Below, in pieces: positions 50,598 through 64,000 of a stretch of DNA of 64,000 nt. The notes beneath the pieces are model-generated. The model worked only from the letters and a program-made list of their open reading frames with translations. It did not search any database and had not been told where the DNA came from. Every line of letters starts with the position of its first letter. Within the stretch, counting starts at the first letter, position 1. The position numbers and the translations under genes were made by a program. Source of the DNA: Octopus sinensis (Eukaryota); contig NC_043009.1 in NCBI RefSeq assembly GCF_006345805.1, positions 27,032,001-27,096,000 on the forward strand, in the 5' to 3' direction.

Positions 50598-51369
50598 TCA
50601 GGTTTTCCAGTTGTCCAAATCTTCAAATATTTCAGGTAAGTCTCTATGCATTGTTTCTGGTAATAACAACAAGAATAATAATCCAGCTATCACAGACAAA
50701 AGACTGAGGATGCTTAAATAAGATGCGAGTTGAAGTAAAGGGTGCACTTATGACACTGATGCGGGAAGACAATGAAGTTATACCTAACAAGTTTGCTTTG
50801 AAAACAAGAATAATATAGATTAGTATGCGGGTATTTCTGTTTGGATTCGATTATTCAATTGACACATTACAAAATAATTGACGGCATATTATTCACGTAT
50901 ATATGTGCACAAAAGCACATACTTACACCGGCACACACAGGCACAGTAGGTACGGTAAGAACGTACATACGCAGGTACACACATACACAGGCACAGTAAG
51001 TAAGTATGGAGAAAGAAGTTTGTAATGTTTGTTTTATTAGAATGTGATGCTGGCTGTGATACTAAGGAATGTGATACTAAGGAATACTATTCTATTCTCC
51101 CGAATGCAGTTTAGATTTGGTTAATATAAAGGTCATCTAAACAATTCTATAGCACCACCATAACATCAACATACAATGAGTCATAAAATATTATGAAAGA
51201 AATATTTACCAAAAGGAGTGGCTGTGTGGTAAGTAGCTTGCTTACGAACCACATGGTTCCGGGTTCAGTCCCGCTGCATGGCACCTTGGGTAAGTGTCTT
51301 CTACTATAGCCTGGGCTGACCAAAACCCTATGAGTGGATTTAGTAGACGGAAACTGAAAGAAGCCCGTC

Positions 51370-51416
<47 letters not shown>

Positions 51417-51881
51417 CATATGTTTGTGTGTCTGTGTTTGTCCCCCCAACACCGCTTAACAACCGATGGTGGTGTGTTTACGTCCCTGTAACTTAGCGGT
51501 TCGGTAAAAAGACCGATAGAATAAGTACCAGGCTTACAAAGAATAAGCCCTGGGGTCGATTTGCTCGACTAAAGGCGGTGCTCCAGCATGACCACATTCA
51601 AATGACTGAAACAAGTAAGAGTGTAAAAGAGTAATTAAAACAAATAATAGATGTGTCTGATGCAATCCGACATATTTTAAATTGATCAATAAAAGTTTCT
51701 TTTGTTTGGTTAAAACTTGTTCCTTCCGGATATTTTCTTGGAAGTTCTTCTTGAATGAAGTCTTCTTCCTATTACATGAGAAAACTGATTATTTTTCTTT
51801 ATCCCTTTCTGAAGAAGTGCTTTGGCTTCTAAAAAGCATTTTTTTTTACCAATAAGCCATCTGGGAGATTCGGGGAGAAAG
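50598..51881 (-). pseudogene. Relic SLC22 paralog (remnants of exons 6 and 9 only)
   Basis: 51881-~51635 reads [25 protein letters not shown] with frameshifts; 50797-50598 reads ANLLGITSLSSRIS...LPETMHRDLPEIFEDLDNWKT* with deletions and acceptor AG>AA; exons 7-8 absent. Confidence 0.88.
51215..51632 (+). mobile_element. CORE-like tRNA SINE inserted into the end of relic exon 6
   Basis: Full copy of the 38605 family; the exon donor context AAGAAATATTTACC lies on its far side. Confidence 0.85.
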
Positions 51882-52084
51882 CTGAAAGCTTTCGATTTAA
51901 AGAAATCTTAGAAAGAACTGCGTATAATGAGAAACTATATGATTTGAACATATAAATATGTCTGCCTTTATGTAGATGTACAAGTAGGTAAATACATTTT
52001 TGTCCATGTCATCCATCCATCCATCCATCCATCCATCCATCCGTCCGTCCGTCCGTCCGTCCGTCCGTCCGTCCGTCCGTCCGT

Positions 52085-52120
<36 letters not shown>

Positions 52121-52155
52121 CCATCCATCTATCGATCCATTCGTCCATCCATCCA

Positions 52156-52215
<60 letters not shown>

Positions 52216-53338
52216 ACAGTACTTATTCCAAACGTCCTTTATGACACAAACGCACGCGCGCGCGTGCACACATATTTTATTCATATATATGAAATGAGGG
52301 AGAAATTGGTGGGGCGAGAGAGGGAAAAATAAATTGTGTATAGCTTAATATGTCATTCAGTATTCCAACGCAACCGAAATATTGACATTTATTCACAGTT
52401 AACTCCATTTTATGCTGTAACAATCTTGAGGAAAATAACCTCGACATCGTATCAATAAAAAGCGATTATTGCTGCAACCGATGGCTTTATTTAGCGGTTT
52501 GCCATTAAATCCGAAGACTGTTACAACTAATGAATGTCGCAACTATACAGGGTCCGTAGACTCGACGAAAGACTGACAGTAAAGAGGAATAAACTTTCAT
52601 GAAGCTAAAACTGAAATATATAAATATTTTAAATAATTATGTCATTGAAAAAAAAATTGTAACATCGGTTGGAATTTTCCATCAAGGAACCTTCTCACAT
52701 TTTCTCCACTTCGAGTCTCTGAGCAAGGATTGACATATTTACTTTTGCTACTATAAAATATCTTCATTGCACGAGTTATGGGTCATAACAATGAGCCATG
52801 AGTTATTTCCCTTTCTGATACGCAGCTGTTTATATCGCTGTTTGGTGTTTTCGATTCCTTGCTTTACCTGAAATAGATATTTCTGGACGGTTTATAATAT
52901 TTCCATTTCTTGAAAAGAATTCGTATCTAGTTTTTCAGCTATCCTTCATATTTTCAAGTTCGACATTACGGAATAATTATTTTTGTAAGGGATTGAGTGA
53001 TATCTATTGAAGTTTAAATATTCATGCGGATCGTTGTCTGTAAAAGAAATGACAATAAACACCCAACAGCGACATCTAACGTGAGCACGCGGAATGTGTT
53101 TATTGATAAACATAAGACTAACTAAATTAAAACTGATACAAGTGTTCCGTACAAATTCGGTAGGAAGAATAATTTTCAATATGGCAACGGTAAAACAAAA
53201 TTTAAAAAATGGCAACTGTAAGACAAATTAATGAAACTGAAACAGCTGTAATTTATGAGATGCGTCATTTTTTTTGTATAAAATATTTAAATTGAATTCA
53301 TAATTGTTCAATTTATTGTTTTGTTTTTCCATTAATGA

Positions 53339-53406
<68 letters not shown>

Positions 53407-53535
53407 TAAACTCTATCTTTATTTTATTCACCTATTGCTATTGAAGTAACATTATTATTGATGTAGGTAATATAAACTAGTAAATTATTCGTATATTCAA
53501 TATCCTTTAAGTGTATTTTACAACCAGCTAAACTG

Positions 53536-53596
<61 letters not shown>

Positions 53597-53599
<3 letters not shown>

Positions 53600-53988
53600 T
53601 TATATATAAAAGAGAGGTTGTGTGTCTGTCTCCTACGATTTAGATTCCTAACTACTCCCACATTTTGCGGTGCAGTATAACCAAAACCGGGTATCTTATA
53701 GTCGTGATTCATATCGAGCCCTTCTGAGTATTAGCGCGCGTCTACGATGAGTCTACGATTAAAAAAAAAAATTACCATAATTTTTTCCATTTTAATGCAT
53801 TTTTTCGCTATTATATAAGTAACTCTCTAAAAATGTCTACGATGAGTCAACGATTTAAAAAAAAATTTACCATCATTTTTTTTTCCATTTTTAATGCATT
53901 CTTTTGCTAATTTTTGGCTATAACTCTCTGAAAATGATTATATAGTTATTTCCCTTACAAGTCCGAGCAACGCCGGGCGATACTGCTA

Positions 53989-53989
<1 letters not shown>
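53597..53989 (+). mobile_element. Non-autonomous Helitron (same family as 39698) in (TA)n
   Basis: A|TC...CCGAGCAACGCCGGGCGATACTGCTAG|T; internal ~70-bp duplication. Confidence 0.85.
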
Positions 53990-54032
<43 letters not shown>

Positions 54033-54974
54033 ACTACGTGTGCATGTTTATGTGTGAATATTTATCCAAAATAAGTAACTATACTTTCCAACTGCTGTAC
54101 TTTACCGTACAAAATTTTCATCAAGGCAATAGGATAGTGAATCTATATATTTTTTGCTGTACATCTCTCACAAGTACCTGTTTGTATTTAAGTGAATTAA
54201 ATGACACAAATATACACGTATTGCAGTTTACATAATAGGTATTCATAAGACTGTTGAGTAAACGTTAATTAAGAATGCATTGTCTAATAATTCTATGCAT
54301 TAGCATTAATTGAAATTCATTGAAGCGGAAACGAATAAGATATTTGAATGTAAAGCTGACATATATTTATTTTGCTTTAATTCCCAAACTTGAGATGTAG
54401 CGACGAAAAGACTAATCTAGGAAAATTTTTATGTTATCCTAAGATTTTCATCAAGCATGGGAGAAAACGTGTGTGATGTTTCGAGCTTATTATGACCCTT
54501 TCAGTTATGTATAGTTTTTGATAGAGAAAAATATGTAGGTTTAATCACTTTTATACATGTATTAGCATCACAAAAGCAGTGAACCGGATTCGAAAGGGGA
54601 GCGAAAAAGGGTCTCAAACACAGCTTCAGATGCCTTTACACTTTGCTTTATGATTTTGGTTACTTTGAGTAAAAATTAAATTTCTTGATTTTGAAATATA
54701 CAATACCGGTGAAGAGATTGAAACCATTGTGATTTTACACGTTACAGAAATTCTTGAACCTGATATACACCATAGCACAACATAGCACATCAAGTCTGCA
54801 GTATATTGTATATAGGTGAAGTGGCTCATTTGTTTGGAAACAGTTTCAGATGTAACAATAATACTAAAACGCAGATCATGGTCGTCCATCTTCTGTTACT
54901 TAATTTCTATTTTATAGTAATCACTGCATTTCACATATAACTTAAGTTTTATGATACTTATAATATTGGTAACA

Positions 54975-55150
54975 AATTTTGGCACCAGGTCAGTAATTTC
55001 AATAGAGGGGGTAAGTCAATTACTTATTTTATCGACCCCGAAAGGATGAAAGGTAAAGTTGGCATCAGCAGCATTTGAACGCAGACGGATGAAATGTGGT
55101 TAAGCCTTTTGCCCGGCGTGCTAACTAGTCTGCTAGCTCACCTGCCTTCT
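54975..55150 (-). mobile_element. Nin-domain SINE, degenerate
   Basis: TTATCGACCCCGAAAGGATGAAAGG is the reverse complement of the core; flanked by repeated ATACTTATAATA. Confidence 0.75.
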
Positions 55151-55678
55151 ATCATACTTATAATAGTGATTTCGTGTAATTGTTTCTCTGCATTGGTCCA
55201 AATTCCAATATTTCAACCCATCCTACATCAATACATGCTGAAATGCATGATGAACAAGTAAAACTGATCATCCTTTAGATAGCGATGTTCGGAACCATCT
55301 TGACGACAGCAACAACTTTCAGCAGATTTCTAAACGATGGCCTGATATTTCAACTCGTCAGTCAATTCCATGTCGCAGCTTGCGGTTTATGGCGTTTTTT
55401 TATTCAATAGAATGTGTCATTAGTAAAGGTTGGCCACGCTTAGTTTCGGAACCAAGAGTTTTATTTTCTAACACATTTTCCCTAATTCTTTTCCATCTCG
55501 TTTTCAGCAGGAATTTTCTCGTGATCAATTTTAGATTTGTCGAGTTTTGAACCATCATGCCAGTTTATGTTTATATTGCTTTATTTCATATATATATATA
55601 TAAAGGGAGAATTCACGAAGACAGGTGGTGTAGAAAACAAACAGATGTATTAGTATAACGCTCGGGAATTGAAAAAGT

Positions 55679-55714
55679 CTTTTACGTTTCGAGCCTACGC
55701 TCTTCCACAGAAAG
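55679..55714 (-). ncRNA. Minimal hammerhead-like motif ~280 nt downstream of the gene C stop codon
   Basis: CUUU-CUGUGGA-A-GAGC(GUAG)GCUC-GAAAC-GUA-AAAG; A6U core variant. Confidence 0.55.
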
Positions 55715-55992
55715 GAACACAGAAAGAAACAAGGAGAGAAGAAAAATATACACACATGTGTGAGTATCACTAGCTTATATCTCGAAGGTACCAGCGAATG
55801 AGGTTTTGGTGTGGTACCTTGGAAATGTAAACTATCTGTCAATAATATAAGTTAGGTCGTGTAGAAAAACAGAAATGTAAAAAAGAAAACAAAAGATACA
55901 TTTTGTAAAAAAAGAAAACAAAAAAGAGGCATTTTTTAGTTGACGAATAATTTAAGAAAAGTAACTTCCGCGCATGGCTGGGTTACACTACA

Positions 55993-63961
<7,969 letters not shown>

Positions 63962-64000
63962 CTGGAATGTTAAAAAACACAAATACAATTTGAATAACTT

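Overview
This is AT-rich, microsatellite-dense animal DNA. The SINE, RTE and microsatellite landscape resembles an octopod cephalopod; that assignment is inference. The window holds a tandem, minus-strand cluster of SLC22 (organic cation/anion transporter, Orct-like, MFS) paralogs. Two genes are complete with nine coding exons each: gene A at 3055-16609 (548 aa) and gene B at 28599-45964 (555 aa). The last five exons of gene C lie at 55993-63961, and a decayed fourth copy at 50598-51881. All exons were built by hand from GT-AG boundaries and splice in frame. The paralogs differ at predicted substrate-pocket residues in TM1, TM8 and TM11, while their extracellular loop is nearly identical. Upstream of gene A is a young, near-intact Penelope-like retroelement (17402-22585, RT plus GIY-YIG, Asn-rich linkers). 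Its direct and inverted pseudo-LTRs carry three copies of a type I hammerhead ribozyme motif with an unusually long helix II. At least five more hammerhead-like motifs from other repeat families are scattered through the cluster, most in the sense orientation of the transporter transcripts. The remainder is mariner/Tc1, hAT and MULE-like MITEs, non-autonomous Helitrons, RTE/CR1 fragments, three tRNA-derived SINE families and simple repeats. Most short ORFs in the track are microsatellite artefacts.
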